From NCBI GenBank assembly GCA_964016885.1, contig OZ024740.1, positions 376,464,001-376,528,000 on the forward strand: a DNA stretch of 64,000 nucleotides. The letters run 5' to 3'. This document shows, in pieces, positions 1-15,338 of this stretch (the first letter of the stretch is position 1; every line of letters starts with the position of its first letter). A model generated the notes under the pieces. It had not been told where the DNA came from. It made no database searches and saw only the letters and a list, made by a program, of their open reading frames with translations. The position numbers were made by a program, and so were the translations under genes. Origin of the DNA: Eledone cirrhosa. Taxonomy: Eukaryota.

Positions 1-399
1 TTTTTATTTGGGTTTCTTTTCCCTATTACTAAATTCATTTCCTAATATTGATACCATAACGTTATTAACTTTAATTTAGTTATACTGTAATTAATAATCT
101 ACTACTGTTTGACTTCAAAATTCTGCTTCAAATATTATAAACCTAACTAATTTACACCTTAGAAATCAATATGTTGACTATCTTTGGTTTAGTTAACATA
201 TGATTAATGGTATACTTATTTATTTTGAGATGCATAGATTTTGCCTTGGTTCTTGTTTGTCGCATTTCCTAGCACTGAAAATATGTAAGAACATACATTG
301 GATAAAGATATGGAAAATATTATATGTTTCTTGAAACATATATTTACTTTGATCCCCTTCTCCAAACCCCCCCTTTCCCCCATACTATTATCATCTGTA

Positions 400-1242
400 T
401 TTGTAAGCGTCTATGTATGAATATATATGTAGGTAGGTGTCTATATAGGTTTGGGTATTTATATCTAAATATAAAAATACATATATGCGCATGCAAATAT
501 GAATGTAAGATTGCGTGTGTATATATGAGTGTACATATGTATGTATATATATGTATATATATGCATTATATATGTATGTGTATGTGAATGTGTGTATGTA
601 TATGTGTATGTATGTGTATATATGTGTATGTATGTGTATGCTTGTATATATAGGAATATATATATGTATATATATATATGTATATGGATATGCGTGTGTA
701 TGTATGTGTGTGTATGTGTGTTGTATATATATGTATGTCTCTCTATTTATATGTTTATCTTCGTATCTATGTGATATATATGTGTGTGTGTGTGCACGTA
801 TGTATATGTAAGTGTTTGTGTGTGTTTGTATGTGTGTGTGTATATATGTGTATGTGCGCACACACACATACACATATATATATGTGAGTGTGTATATGTG
901 TCTGTGTATGTGTGTGTGTGTATATATATATATATATGTGTATATATATATATAGATATATATATATATATAGGTGTCTATGTGTGAATATATGTCTTTA
1001 TTCGTATGTGTGTATTTATGTATGTATATGTTTATGTGTATGTATGTATGTGTATGTATGTATGTATATATATATATATATATATGTATATGTATATATA
1101 TATATGTATATTATTCTTTATTATTATAATATAACTTATGTGTATATGTGTATAAGTGAGTTTGTGTATGTGTTTATAATATGTGTATATATAAGTGTAA
1201 AAAAATATATATATATATATGTGCATGTCTGTTTTTTATGTG

Positions 1243-1274
<32 letters not shown>

Positions 1275-1343
1275 CGTGTGTATATATATATATATATATA
1301 TGTGGGTGTTTGTATGTGTATTTATGGTGGTATGAGTGTGTGG

Positions 1344-1375
<32 letters not shown>

Positions 1376-1722
1376 GTATGAGTGTATGTGTGTGTATATA
1401 TATATATACATATATATATGTGTATATATATGTATATATATATGTGTATGTATGTGTGTATATATATATATCTCTATTAATGCGTGTGTGTATGTATATA
1501 CATATGCCTTTTTATTATTATTTTTATTTGTATGTCTGAGTTAGGTGAGGTTGTAGTGTTTTTTATGTATATACGCATATATGGAAGCGTATGTATTTAT
1601 ATATATGAGTATAAGTAGGTGCATATGTATGTATGATTATATATCTAATTCTATGTATGAATGTACATCTATATATATATATGTGTGTATGTAAGTTGTG
1701 TGTGTATGTATCTATATGTCTA

Positions 1723-1753
<31 letters not shown>

Positions 1754-1838
1754 GTATATCGATGTGCGTATATGTATGTACATGTATGTACATGTATGTG
1801 TGTATGTATGTGTATGTATATTTAGATGTATGTGTATG

Positions 1839-1883
<45 letters not shown>

Positions 1884-2135
1884 ATATATATATATGGATA
1901 TATATCTTTATTATTTATTTTTTATATATATGTGTATGTGTGTATGTGTTGCGTGTGTGTGTGTGTGTATATATATATCTTTATATATGTGTATGTGTAT
2001 GTTCGTGTAAGTGTATATGTGTGTATGACTGTATATGTATGTGTGTATGTGTGTATGCGTAAATATTTCTATGTGCGCGTACATGTATGTATGTGTATAT
2101 ATCTGTATGTGTATGTATATTATATTATATTTATT
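400..2135. repeat. Compound (TA)n/(TG)n/(TATG)n microsatellite tract
   Basis: Directly visible; generates the spurious Y/I/C/V/M ORFs in the track. Confidence 0.95.
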
Positions 2136-2702
2136 ATATTTTATTGTTTTATTTTTTTATTTTTCTTAATTTATAGATACATTTATATTAGGCAGTCTGC
2201 TCAGACAATTGAATACTGACCCCTTCCCCCCCCTCCCACCTAATTTCTGTATCTTGATCTAGAAATGTGTGTGCCAGTGTTTTATGTGAGTGAATTAATA
2301 TCCATGTGCTTATGATTTTATATCCACATATATAAATGTGAGTGGGGGTGTGTGTGTGTTTGTATGTTCGTGGTTATGTGTATATTTATGCATATACGCG
2401 CGTGTATGTGTGATTGTACTGATATGTGTGAGTATGAAAAAATATATTTATATACTTGACTCCATAAGTATCAATGCGCATCTTATCTGCGCATGGTAAG
2501 CTTACAGAGATATTAACCTTGAAATTTTGTGTTTGCATCCATCTTTTTAGTATGCGTATACAAATTATACATACATTTTTGTAAAATATGTGTAAGGGTT
2601 TTACATGTATATACACACACCGAACTGCTTTTAACCCTTTGTGTTTTCATTGGTCAATTTTGAACTGAAATTTTGAATTGTTGTTATTATCAATAAATAT
2701 AC

Positions 2703-2857
2703 TTCATTATTTCTGAAGACGGCGTATATATGTGTTTGGTATGTATATTTAATCTTGATAATTTGTATAATTTTGTATAATTTTGTACATAGATCTGTTG
2801 AATATGCATACCAATTATAACACATATATACCCTAGAAACGATCGTTAAATAATGAA
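2703..2857 (+). ncRNA. Type I hammerhead ribozyme with long stem II (PLE pLTR remnant)
   Basis: Stem I TTCATTATTT/AAATAATGAA; core CTGAAGA (2713); stem II GTATATATGTG/CACATATATAC; GAAAC-GATC-GTT. Confidence 0.7.
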
Positions 2858-2908
2858 CTTTTTTTGTTTAATATAAGGAATTGTTTATTCATTATTTGTT
2901 TAATATTT

Positions 2909-4087
<1,179 letters not shown>

Positions 4088-5050
4088 ATACTTTGGGAGG
4101 GTCATGTTGCCAATAAGAAACACATGCACCAGCTGCTTTCACTTCAATTTATTATAATAAATTTATAAATTTAGGAATTTATAAATTTATAAATTTACGG
4201 TTGGTTGGTTGGTTCCACAACCAGGTGGTTGTTTATATATTGTCAAAGTTCTTTCATCACACATTCTGTGACCTCTTCAGTGACTGGGGATTCTTTTCTT
4301 TGTTTTTTGTTTTGTTTTTTTTTGTTTTTTATGCCTCTCCTTTGTTCTGTCCTACGCCATCTTGTTTTTGTATGTGTGTTGTGTTCTTATTTTGCGCATG
4401 TGTTACATCCCGGTGTCTGTGTGTGTTTATATTCGTTTATTTATTTGTTTAAATTACATGTTACTGGCTGGTTGTTTGTTCTAGGTGCGTGTGTGTTTTC
4501 ATTTTGTCCTTAATTGTAAGTTGTGATGTTGCTGTTCCACTCATGTTTTCTATTTAATTATGGTTGTAATTCATTTATGTTTATTGCCTCTGTGATTTGT
4601 CTAAACATTGCGTCTTTTCTGTGTGTAGATTCTATTTTTATTTCTATGTTCCCTAATTTACCCTTATGTTCTATGTTAGCATGTTGGTAGAGGACAGATG
4701 ATTCTTTACTATCTTGAAGGTTTCGCCAGTGTTCATTTATCCGTTTCCCTATACTACAAGCTGTCTCACCTATGTACATATATTTTTATCTCTACATTGT
4801 CCTACAGTACATCTTATGCTATATACTACATTTCTAGTTTTACAGTTAATATGGGGGATTAATTTACAGATTATACATTTCTTATCTATACAAGGAGGTC
4901 TTTGAAAAGGTGTGTCTTGCTAATAAGTGTTTTTATGGAGGTACCTGGTCTTTCTAGTATCTTAATATTGAATTTATGTTCATCTAGGGCCCTTCTAAAT
5001 TTGTAAGCTAATTCACCTCTAGGGCTTGCATCGATGAACATTACACTCTG

Positions 5051-8000
5051 GTGATTAACACACCGAGAGAAAAAATAATATTTATAAACCTTATATGTCC
5101 TGAAGAACAGTACATTGTTCAAGAATGTGACAAGCACTTTAACAAGAAACTAAAGTGGCTCAAACAGATAAAACTAAATCAAGATACTTTAGAGAATATC
5201 AATAGATTTCCCGAAATAATTGACGGTATAAATATGGCCGACATCTCATTACCAGTTGAATTCAACAACAACAACACAAATATATGCGGCAACACTACGG
5301 TCGACTCTAATGAATTATATGTATTACAACTGCCGCCTAAGTATGCCACATTTAATAAGGTAAATATGATTTAATGCTTGTCAGAAATAGAAAAATCATT
5401 TACAAAATTACGTTGGAGCCTCAAAAACAAAAACAAAAGTAACAACATACGCACACACACACCCATATACAACACACATCCCAACAACAACAGACACGCA
5501 GACACAAACAACACACACAACAATAATAACATACACGGAGACAACAACAACAACACACATCAACAACAGCACACATCAACAACAACAACAACAACAACAA
5601 CACACACACATTCAATGCCTCTCACCACCACCACAATCTTAACAAACACACAGACACAGAAAACAGGTAATGACAGTAGCAAAGAAATAAGGGAAGGTAA
5701 TAGGATTGAAAGGAGAAGGGAGACCATGGACATAGAAAATAACCAAGACGAACACAAAATAGAGTAGATAATAAAACATGAGCCAGAGGAAAGAGACAGG
5801 AGTAATAATGAGAGACATAGACACAACCATGAGGCTGTTGGTGGAAATAGAAATAGAAACAACACAACTAACAATAACAGTAGCACTAGTAAACATAAAG
5901 CAGCAGCCTGGAACTCTACCTTTTATAATCCCTCCGATAAGTCGTTCGACCTGCGACGAGTCCACGCCACGATTTTAGCTTTTAACAAACGCACGCAATT
6001 GCCGTCGCAGGTAGATGAACAAACAGAAGAACAATTTAGTATAGCTAGATCAAAACTTAGAAATATTATAGAACAGTATAGCAAGAAGCATAATAGAATG
6101 GAGGCCCAGCAACTGGGAGAAAATTCTGCAAATGGCTTTCGTAAGCTCATGCAGCGCTCGCGTAATGGAGAGAATAGCATGCTTTCCAACAGACAAGTCT
6201 GGCAGAATGTCGGTTGACAGTCTGCCAAACTACATCCAGGCAATGCACCCCACATCACTAACACAAGAGAAGTAACACCACAACAGCATGAGGATAGAGA
6301 AAAAGCCCTCAATTCCCATATGATGATGTGGACAAACATAATGCAGCCCAACAAAATGACTGCCAACAACTTCCAGGCCTGGAACAATGACGTGCCAGCG
6401 TTGTATGGGCTTCGAAAAGACCATAAAACGAGCAGTGACCCTGTCGCGGGACCACCAACACGGCCAGTCTGTGGAGCTAACATTGCTAGTAACTACAGAC
6501 TTTCCTACTTCCTCTCCCTGATCATACGCCCCATCATTGAAATGTCCCCAGATATATGTGACAGCACGGAGGACTTCCTCAGTAGAATCAACGAAAGTAA
6601 CCGATCTAGGGACCTAACAAACTGTATAATAGGGAGTATGGATGTTGTCTCCCTGTATCATCTATTGACGTGGATTCCGCTGTGGAGAAATGCGTAGAAA
6701 TGATCAGTGAGAGCAATGTTGAATTCCGTGGGATTGATAACAGTGAGCTGGGAATCTTACTTAAACTTACCTATAGTAATACTTATCTAGACACATATGA
6801 CCTTAGCAACCTGTGCCCTACAAGACCAGCAAGAGGCAGACCACCTACCATTACCTCAATGGCCAAGAAAACCCACACAGATAGATGGAACGGGTGGACC
6901 AGAGCCATACGGACCTCCGTAAACCACTATGAACTACAGAAAATGATTGCACATGCGGTGAGAGCCAGCATAAAATTACCCCTTAAGGAACATATGTTCA
7001 AATTTAATGGAAAAACATATGCCCGAGAGGAGGGAGCAGCCATTGGTGTTAGCATTGCAGGCGACATAGCTAACCTATTCATGGTATGGTGGGACAGTAG
7101 ACTTAAACTTAAACTTAAAAGACAATTAGAAGACCCCTTAACCATGATAATGTACTCCCGCTACGTTGATGATATAAACATCGTAGTTAAAACACCACTG
7201 GAGAACAGTCAGGAATTAGAGAAAAACACAATGGAAAGCGTCCAGCAAATAGCTAACTCCTTCCACCAGAGTATTAGAGTTACTATAGACTACCCAAGCA
7301 AACACCCCAACCATCGATTACCTGTACTAGACACAGAGCTCTGGTTAGATACCATTAATAACAAAAAACAAATCCTCCATTCCCTTTATGCCAAACCCAT
7401 GACTTCCAAATATCTGATCCACAGAAACTCAGCTGTTTCGGACCATACCAAAATCAACATACTGATTGCGGATTTGGTACGGGTGATGAGAAACGTGTCC
7501 CGCATGTGCAACCCCGAAGAACTAGAGAGACACATACAACACTTCATCCACCGTATGCAGTTCTCTGGTTACAATCAGAGAGATAAAATCAGAGTGTATA
7601 GAGGAGCCAGAACCAAAATGGGAAAAAATGTTAAATAATGACACAAATGGGACCTGCCCCTTGTAAAGGATCAAATTTTGGAATAGAATAGAAAGAACTA
7701 GGAATAAGGCTAATAGAATAAACTCATGGTATGATAGCAATAAATACCAGAGTGTAATGTTCATCGATACAACCCCTAGAGGTGAATTAGCTTACAAATT
7801 TAGAAGGGCCCTAGATAAACATAAACTCAATATTAAGATAGTAGAAAGACCAGGTACCTCCATAAAAACACTTATTAGCAAGACATACCCTTTTCAAAGA
7901 CCTCCCTGTATAGATAAGAAATGTATAATCTGTAAATTAAGCCCCCATATTAACTGTACAACTAGAAATGTAGTATATAGCATAAGATGTACTGAAGGAC

Positions 8001-8288
8001 AATGTAGAGATAACAATATAGTGTACATAGGTGAGACAGCTTGTAGTATAGGGAAACGGATAAATGAACACTGGCGAGACCTTCAAGATAGTAAGAATCA
8101 TCTGTCCTCTACCAACATGCTAAAATAGACCATAAGGGTAAATTAGAGAACATAGAAATAAAAATAGAATCTACACACAGAAAAGACGCAATGTTTAGAC
8201 AAATCACAGAGGCAATAAACATAAATGAATTACAACCAAAATTAAATAGAAAACATGAGTGGAACAGCAACATCACAACTTACAATTA
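5051..8288 (+). pseudogene. PLE reverse transcriptase + GIY-YIG endonuclease, frameshifted
   Basis: TDKSGR, LYGLRKDHK, TRPVCGA, GSMDVVSLY, GAAIGVSIAGDIANLFMVWWD, RYVDD, LPVLD; Cys linker and NVVYSIRC...YIGETA...RINEH; split over several ORFs. Confidence 0.9.
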
Positions 8289-8504
8289 AGGACAAAATGA
8301 AAACACACACGCACATAAAACAAACAACCAACCAGTAACATGTAAATAAACAAATAAATAAACGAATATAAACACACACAGACACCGGGATGTAACACAT
8401 GCGCAAACTAAGCACACAACACACACACACAAACAAGATGGCGTAGGACAGAACAAAGGAGAGGCACAAAAAACAAAAGCAAAAAACAAAGAAAAGAATC
8501 CCCA

Positions 8505-8547
8505 GTCACTGAAGAGGTCACAGAATGTGTAATGAAAGAACTCTGAC
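8505..8547 (+). ncRNA. Minimal type I hammerhead in family A pLTR
   Basis: GTCA-CTGAAGA-stem II-GAAAG-AA-CTC-TGAC; mirror copy at about 4241-4284 on minus. Confidence 0.7.
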
Positions 8548-9502
8548 AATATATAAACAAACATCTGGTTGTGGAACCAAACAGCCAAACGGAAATTTAT
8601 AAATTTATAAATTTATTATAATAAATTGAAGTGAAAGTATGTGGTGCGTGTGTTTCTTATTGGCAACATGACCCTCCCAAAGTATAACAATATCGGTTTC
8701 AACACACGTTTTCAGATAAAGAATATTGCTAAACAAATTCTGAAACGATATATATATATATATAAGAGAGTATTGAAGTTTGCTTGAAGCATCGTGGAAC
8801 TATAAGTAAGTATCTTTAAGTCGTTTGGAAGCCTCGACAATGCAAATGGGTAAATCTCCGGGTAACAAGGTCCGGTGGTGGAGAGAGAGATGTAAGTGGG
8901 TGTACGTTGAGATGTGTGGTGTGTATAAGATGTGTGAGATGTGTAGAATGAAGGGAAGAGTATAAAGGATAAAATAAAAATAACAACACAAGAGAGAGTT
9001 ACCTTGGGAGAGATTTAATAGTCCCTATATATTTCGGATTCACATCCATCAACTGGGATTTTTTCCGGGGTGGGGGAAAAGGTTGTCTGTCGTACAAGTC
9101 CGGAACGCGTCCTTCGCTGTTTGTTGTTTTGAATATCTGAGGTATTCGGCAGAGCGCGCGTGCGCGTGAAATGGGGTCGGTCGTACAGAGGTCAGTGGCC
9201 GAATGAGGGACTGGGCTGGCGCAAGCTGTCAGTCCATTCTCTGCCTGTTTGTTAAATGTTACTGTGTGTGTGTGTGCGTGTGTTGTCTCGCTTGAGTGTG
9301 TGTGAGTGTGCGTGTGTTGTTGCCTTGTTCCTCTGTATTGGCAGTGTAGTATGTTCGTATGGTGGAATGCTACTGTGTGTGTGTGCGTGTGTGTGTGTAG
9401 TTGTCTCGTTTGCGTGTGTGTGTGTGTGCGTGTGTTGTGTGTTGTTGCATCGCTTGTTAACTTAAACCAGCTATCTCATTTCGCTTCTCTCTGATCGGTT
9501 GT

Positions 9503-10885
9503 TTATTTGCGGTTGCAGTCGTTTGATAAAAAGCGCTTCCTTGATACGTAACGGCCGACGTTTCTATCAGTCGCTAGAATTATGACAATGGGCCTTCCGT
9601 CTTTGTTTCCGCATTTGTCTATGTGTTTCCGGAAAGACGAGGCCCTGGTTTTAGTGTGTTCCTTGATCCGGATGTGCAAAGGTCGAATTGTGCTACCTAT
9701 ATAGTATTGGTTGCACCTGTCACATTCTATCTCATACACGACGTATGTGCGTAGGCAACAGTTCGCATGGCGTATCGGGCAGTCTCTGAGGGAGCATGCG
9801 TCAGTAGATTTTTCGGGTTTCCTGGAGAGGCATCTTCGCAGGGAGGGGCCCGAGTGGGCCAGGTGGATGTCGAGGCCCTCCCTCCGTATAGCCTTGCGGA
9901 TAGCGTTGGTGGTTTTCTCGCCCAGGTGTGGCATTTTAAGGAAGCACTTGCCTTGGGTGCTTCTCTGTCTCTTGCGTCTGGTGTCTCCTATTCTGTCTGT
10001 GATCGAGGTAGGGTACCCGTTCGTCTCCAGCATCTCGAGGAATAGCTTGGTGTGCGTGACATCACTCGCGGGATCGCTGCATCGGTTTTTGATTCGCGCG
10101 ATCTCGTTCGTGATGTATCCTCTTTTGGCACTGTTAGGGAGGGCGGACTTGTAGTGAACGAATAGGTCCCTGCAGGCTGCCTTTCGGTAGAAGTTGCAGT
10201 GAATCCTTCCCTGTTCCGTGATGTTGATTCGGAAGTCGAGGAGGGTAAGTGAACCGTCTTCGTTGGGGTGTTCAACACTGAAGTCAATGTTCTCGTCCTT
10301 GTTGTTGAACGTCTCATAGATTCTGTTCGCCGTGTCTTGGGAAGATGTGAGGATGAGGATATCGTCCACGTACCTTGAGAAAAAGGCTACGGCGTTGGGG
10401 TGGCAGGCGTTGAGTGCCTGGCGTTCGAGGTTGGCCATGTAAGAGATCGCTAGCAGACCTGATAGGCTTGATCCCATAGGCAATCCCGAGGTTTGTTGGT
10501 ATATTTGGTCAAGGAATCCGAAGTAGGTGTTGTCGACGACGATGGATAGGAGTTGGTGGATGTCAGTGGTGGTGAGCCCGAAGCAGTGTAGGTCGCTGGA
10601 TTGGACGCGTTCCATTAGTATATTGACGGCCGGGAGTGCCGGGACCGAGGTGTAGAGAGCGACTACATCAAGACTGAAGGCATATCTGTTATTCATTCTG
10701 GTGTCGCGATCGATTTGATGCAGGCGCTTCAACAGCTCCTCGGAGCTATTAACGTGTCCCGGCAAAGTGTCTAAGATGGGTTTGAGTATTCTGGCTAGGA
10801 GCCATGAAATTTTGTAGAGTGGTCCCTCCACACTCGATACGATGGGCCTGATTTTCAGGTTGGGTCCCTGTTTGTGTGTTTCCAC
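9503..10885 (-). CDS. PLE RT-GIY-YIG polyprotein (5' truncated, C-terminal frameshift)
   Basis: KIRPIVS, SLDVVALYTSVP, GLPMGSSLS, RYVDD, LLDF, VVYEIECDRCNQYYIGSTIRPLHIRIKEH. The frame continues degraded to about 11180 (YLPSDKG). Confidence 0.92.
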   Translation of the reverse strand: METHKQGPNLKIRPIVSSVEGPLYKISWLLARILKPILDTLPGHVNSSEELLKRLHQIDRDTRMNNRYAFSLDVVALYTSVPALPAVNILMERVQSSDLHCFGLTTTDIHQLLSIVVDNTYFGFLDQIYQQTSGLPMGSSLSGLLAISYMANLERQALNACHPNAVAFFSRYVDDILILTSSQDTANRIYETFNNKDENIDFSVEHPNEDGSLTLLDFRINITEQGRIHCNFYRKAACRDLFVHYKSALPNSAKRGYITNEIARIKNRCSDPASDVTHTKLFLEMLETNGYPTSITDRIGDTRRKRQRSTQGKCFLKMPHLGEKTTNAIRKAIRREGLDIHLAHSGPSLRRCLSRKPEKSTDACSLRDCPIRHANCCLRTYVVYEIECDRCNQYYIGSTIRPLHIRIKEHTKTRASSFRKHIDKCGNKDGRPIVIILATDRNVGRYVSRKRFLSNDCNRK

Positions 10886-11245
10886 CAGGTGGTAGAAGGC
10901 GGGTAGTCTGCTGTTCCTCGTTAGGAGGTTGTATCTCAGCTTCTTCGGGAGCTTCCGCTGGTCGCAGATGTTGGTCCAGGTGGAGTTGATGTGTTCTTCT
11001 ATCTGCGCGGGAGTGATTCCCGTGACCTTGGAGTAGAGGTTGTCATCGTCAGGTGTTGGAGGGCCAGGGTGTTGTAGGCCTCTCTGCTGATGACGCAGAA
11101 TTATTTTCCCTTGTCGGAGGGGAGATAGATGAAGTTCTTCGATTTTAGGTTGGAGAGAGTGGTGAGTTGAGATTTGGTGAGTTTATGTGTTGTGCGTGTG
11201 TGTGTGTGTGTGTGTTTGTGAAGTATATCCAAGCGATTCCTCGAG

Positions 11246-11821
11246 ATGCTGGAGACGAACGGGTACCCTACCTCGATCACATACAGAATAGGAGACACCA
11301 GACGCAAGAGACAGAGAAGCACCCAAGGCAAGTGCTTCCTTAAAATGCCACACCTGGGCGAGAAAACCACCAACGCTATCCGCAAGGCTATACGGGGGGA
11401 GGGCCTCGACATCCACCTGGCCCACTCGGGCCCTTCCCTGCGAAGATGCCTCTCCAGGAAACCCGAAAAATCTACTGACGCATGCTCCCTCAGAGACTGC
11501 CCGATACGCCATGCGAACTGTTGCCTACGCACATACGTCGTGTATAAGATAGAATGTGACAGGTGCAACCAATACTATATAGGTAGCACAATTCGACCTT
11601 TGCACATCCGGATCAAGGAACACACTAAAACCAGGGCCTCGTCTTTCCGGAAACACATAGACAAATGCGGAAACAAAGACGGAAGGCTCATTGTCACAAT
11701 TCTAGCGACTGAAAGAAACGTCGGCGTTACGTATCAAGGAAGCGCTTTTTATCAAACGACTGCAACCGCAAATAAACAACCGATCAGAGAGAAGCGAAAT
11801 GAGATGGCTGGTTTAAGTTAA
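11246..11821 (+). pseudogene. Inverted duplicate of the family B GIY-YIG region
   Basis: Near-identical to the C-terminus of 9503-10885. Confidence 0.9.
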
Positions 11822-12458
11822 CTAGCGATGCAACAACACACAACACACGCACACACACACATACACACACGCAAACGAGACAACTACTAACACACACAGT
11901 AGCATTCCACCATACGAACATACTACACTGCCAATACAGAGGAACAAGGCAACAACACACACACACACTCAAGCGAGACAACAGCACACGCACACACACA
12001 CACAGTAACATTTAACAAACAGGCAGAGAATGGACTGACAGCTTGCGCCATCCCACTCCCTCATTCGGCCGCTGACCTCTGTACGACCGACCCCATTTCA
12101 CGCGCACGCGCGCTCTTCCGAATACCTCAGATATTCAAAACAACAAACAGCGAAGGACGCGTTCCGGACTTGTCCGACAGACAACCTTTTCCCCCACCCC
12201 GGAAAAAACCTCAGTTGATGGATGTGAATCCGAAATATATAGGGACTATTAAATCTCTCCCAAGGTAACTCTCTCTTGTGTTGTTATTTTTATTTTATCC
12301 TTTATACCCTTCCCTTCATTCTACACATCTCACACATCTTATACACACCACGCATCTCAACGTACACCCACTTACATCTCTCTCTCCACCACCGGACCTT
12401 GTTACCCGGAGATTTACCCATTTGCATTGTCGAGGCTTCCAAACGACTTAAAGATATT

Positions 12459-13140
<682 letters not shown>

Positions 13141-14265
13141 GTATATGTGTATTTATATGTGTATGTATGTATTATGTATGTATGTATGTATGTATGTATG
13201 TATGTATTTATGTATGTGTGTAAATGCCGGTCAGAAGCCAATATCCTATCGCAACCAATGTTTCCGTATTCACAGATTCACTCATTAATTCCAACACATC
13301 ACAAAAAAATTCATTTTTCGGTGAACACTACATTTATCAACATGTTGACGACACAATCTCTGTTATATCAAACTTTTACCTATTCTGGTCGTGTTATAAT
13401 TCGCAGAGTGTGTCCTCGTATACCAGCAAAAGAATAAAAGTAATCAGATTCGCAGATTGGTATCGATGATCTCTCTCAATTCCTTGTTGTTCTTCCTTGC
13501 ATTTTCACTACTCCATTCAACACGTACAACAGATTATATAGCAACGATCAGGGATCGACAACACAGCTATCAAGATCAGTTCAACCAACCACCTATTCGC
13601 AATGAAGACAACTAACAATGCACTACACACTTTACTGCTAAACGTGTATTGTAGGATGAAATAACTTTCCAATGCTGTGATCTATCAAATCGGAGAAGTA
13701 GCGGCTCTACATGCAGTGACTCTCTGATCTCCGAGGAACGTACTCTATAGTGTAACATTACGCTACGGAGGAACCTCATTTATATTATATTCTATATGAT
13801 GTAGACGTCTATGCTGTTGTCTTTGAAACTCCAGGCGAAAGAAAGACATTGTCATCGGCAAAGTAGTCCAACAGTTTAACATAAAAAGACACAAAATACT
13901 CACATTTTCAAACGGCCCGTACTGCGGGTTTTCAGAACATGAACAAAACTGCTAATTACTATTATTATAAATCGATAATCAGCAAAGTTAGAGCTTTGGC
14001 CGTATTAAGAGAAACCTAAAATATGAGTCATCAATAGAGAGGTGAAAAACGATAATGTTTCTCGACCTGGTCCACCAGAATTACTGTTACTACTATTGTA
14101 TTGGTAAGCAGGGTAGGCATTGGGGTTTGCGGGATTGCTAAAAATGGAAGCACCTGCTTTACCAATCTAAGCTTATAATAGGAATTTAGATCGATATACG
14201 ATAATTTTGTTGACGAAAACTGCTCAATGAACGCAGCCGCGAAAAAATACATTATATATATATAT

Positions 14266-14384
14266 ATAAGTTGAAATAAAATGAAAACGAAATTTCATTT
14301 CTCACTCTAGTACGGCACTTACTTAAATGTAAGTATGTGTGTATACGTACATACATATATGTATACAGACGTACAGTAGCATGC

Positions 14385-14417
<33 letters not shown>

Positions 14418-14941
14418 TATACATACAGCTACACATACATATATGCACGTATCAGTTTAGCGGACGCTTATTATAACGCCGCTTTGTTCGTTTGTAAACA
14501 AACTGAACAGCCTGAATTTTTATGCCGTACGGTGTTAAGGCAACCACGTCACCTTTTTGTTCAACACTGACACAGGAACGATGTACTAGTTTCAAGCTTG
14601 TTAGCTATCATCAGCACCGTATACCCATCTGCCAGATAGTTGAACGTTCGAAAGTATATACTTTCCTTATGAAAATTAACGGCTGAGCAGCCGAATTTGC
14701 ATATCGAGTGAGCTAAGTCGGTCAGGCATACCGAAAACGATAAGTTGAAAAAAAATGAAAACGAAATTTCATTTCTCACTCTTAGTGTCAGTGTTGAACA
14801 AAAAGGTGACGTGGTTGCCTTAACACCGTACGGCATAAACAATTCAGGCTGTTCAGTTTGTTTACAAACGAACAAAGCGGCGTTATAATAACCGTCCGCT
14901 AAACTGATACGTGCATATATGTATGTGTACCTGTAGGTATA

Positions 14942-15013
<72 letters not shown>

Positions 15014-15063
15014 TGCTACTGTACGTCTGTATACATATATGTATGTACGTATACACACATACT

Positions 15064-15067
<4 letters not shown>
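14266..15067 (-). mobile_element. Retrozyme-like repeat: more than one unit on minus plus an inverted partial arm
   Basis: Homologous to the 472-nt unit at 33795-35036; hammerhead on minus at 14577-14620. Confidence 0.8.
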
Positions 15068-15121
<54 letters not shown>

Positions 15122-15195
15122 AATATGAGTATTACATGACTACCATGACTGAATCTTAACCATCTACTATGTCAGGGTATCTCATGCATCATCCG

Positions 15196-15260
15196 ATTTT
15201 ATCTGATGAGGACGTACTGTTAAACTTAACTCAATACCTCTGAAATATGTATAATAAAAT
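15196..15260 (+). ncRNA. Type I hammerhead in a short pLTR fragment (15120-15305)
   Basis: ATTTTAT-CTGATGA-stem II-GAAA-TATGTA-TA-ATAAAAT; same family as 37390-37693. Confidence 0.75.
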
Positions 15261-15301
15261 ATAATTTATCACAAGAATATCTATTTTGTTAATATGTTGA
15301 A

Positions 15302-15338
<37 letters not shown>

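Larger units (their letters stand above)
4082..8750 (+). mobile_element. Penelope-like element family A, copy 1, with inverted 3' copy (4082-5050)
   Basis: RT and GIY-YIG fragments on +; 4082-5050 is the reverse complement of about 7748-8692; both ends abut (TA)n. Confidence 0.93.
8764..12460 (-). mobile_element. Penelope-like element family B with inverted 3' copy (about 11230-12460)
   Basis: Minus-strand RT/GIY-YIG; right arm repeats the GIY-YIG and 3' UTR in opposite orientation; (TA)n flanks. Confidence 0.93.

Noticed and set aside
324-2219. Many ORFs of type [12 protein letters not shown] here and throughout the window
   Set aside because: Translations of microsatellites that lack stop codons.
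5051-8288. Selenocysteine (TGA/SECIS) recoding as in some Naiad PLEs
   Set aside because: Linker and GIY-YIG cysteines are ordinary Cys codons; the breaks look like frameshifts or TAA/TAG stops.
9711-10317. Overlapping or antisense ORFs within the family B and R4 ORFs
   Set aside because: Shadow frames of GC-richer coding sequence with no motifs.
13200-14250. Possible coding remnant
   Set aside because: Multiple stops in the frames examined and no recognisable motif.
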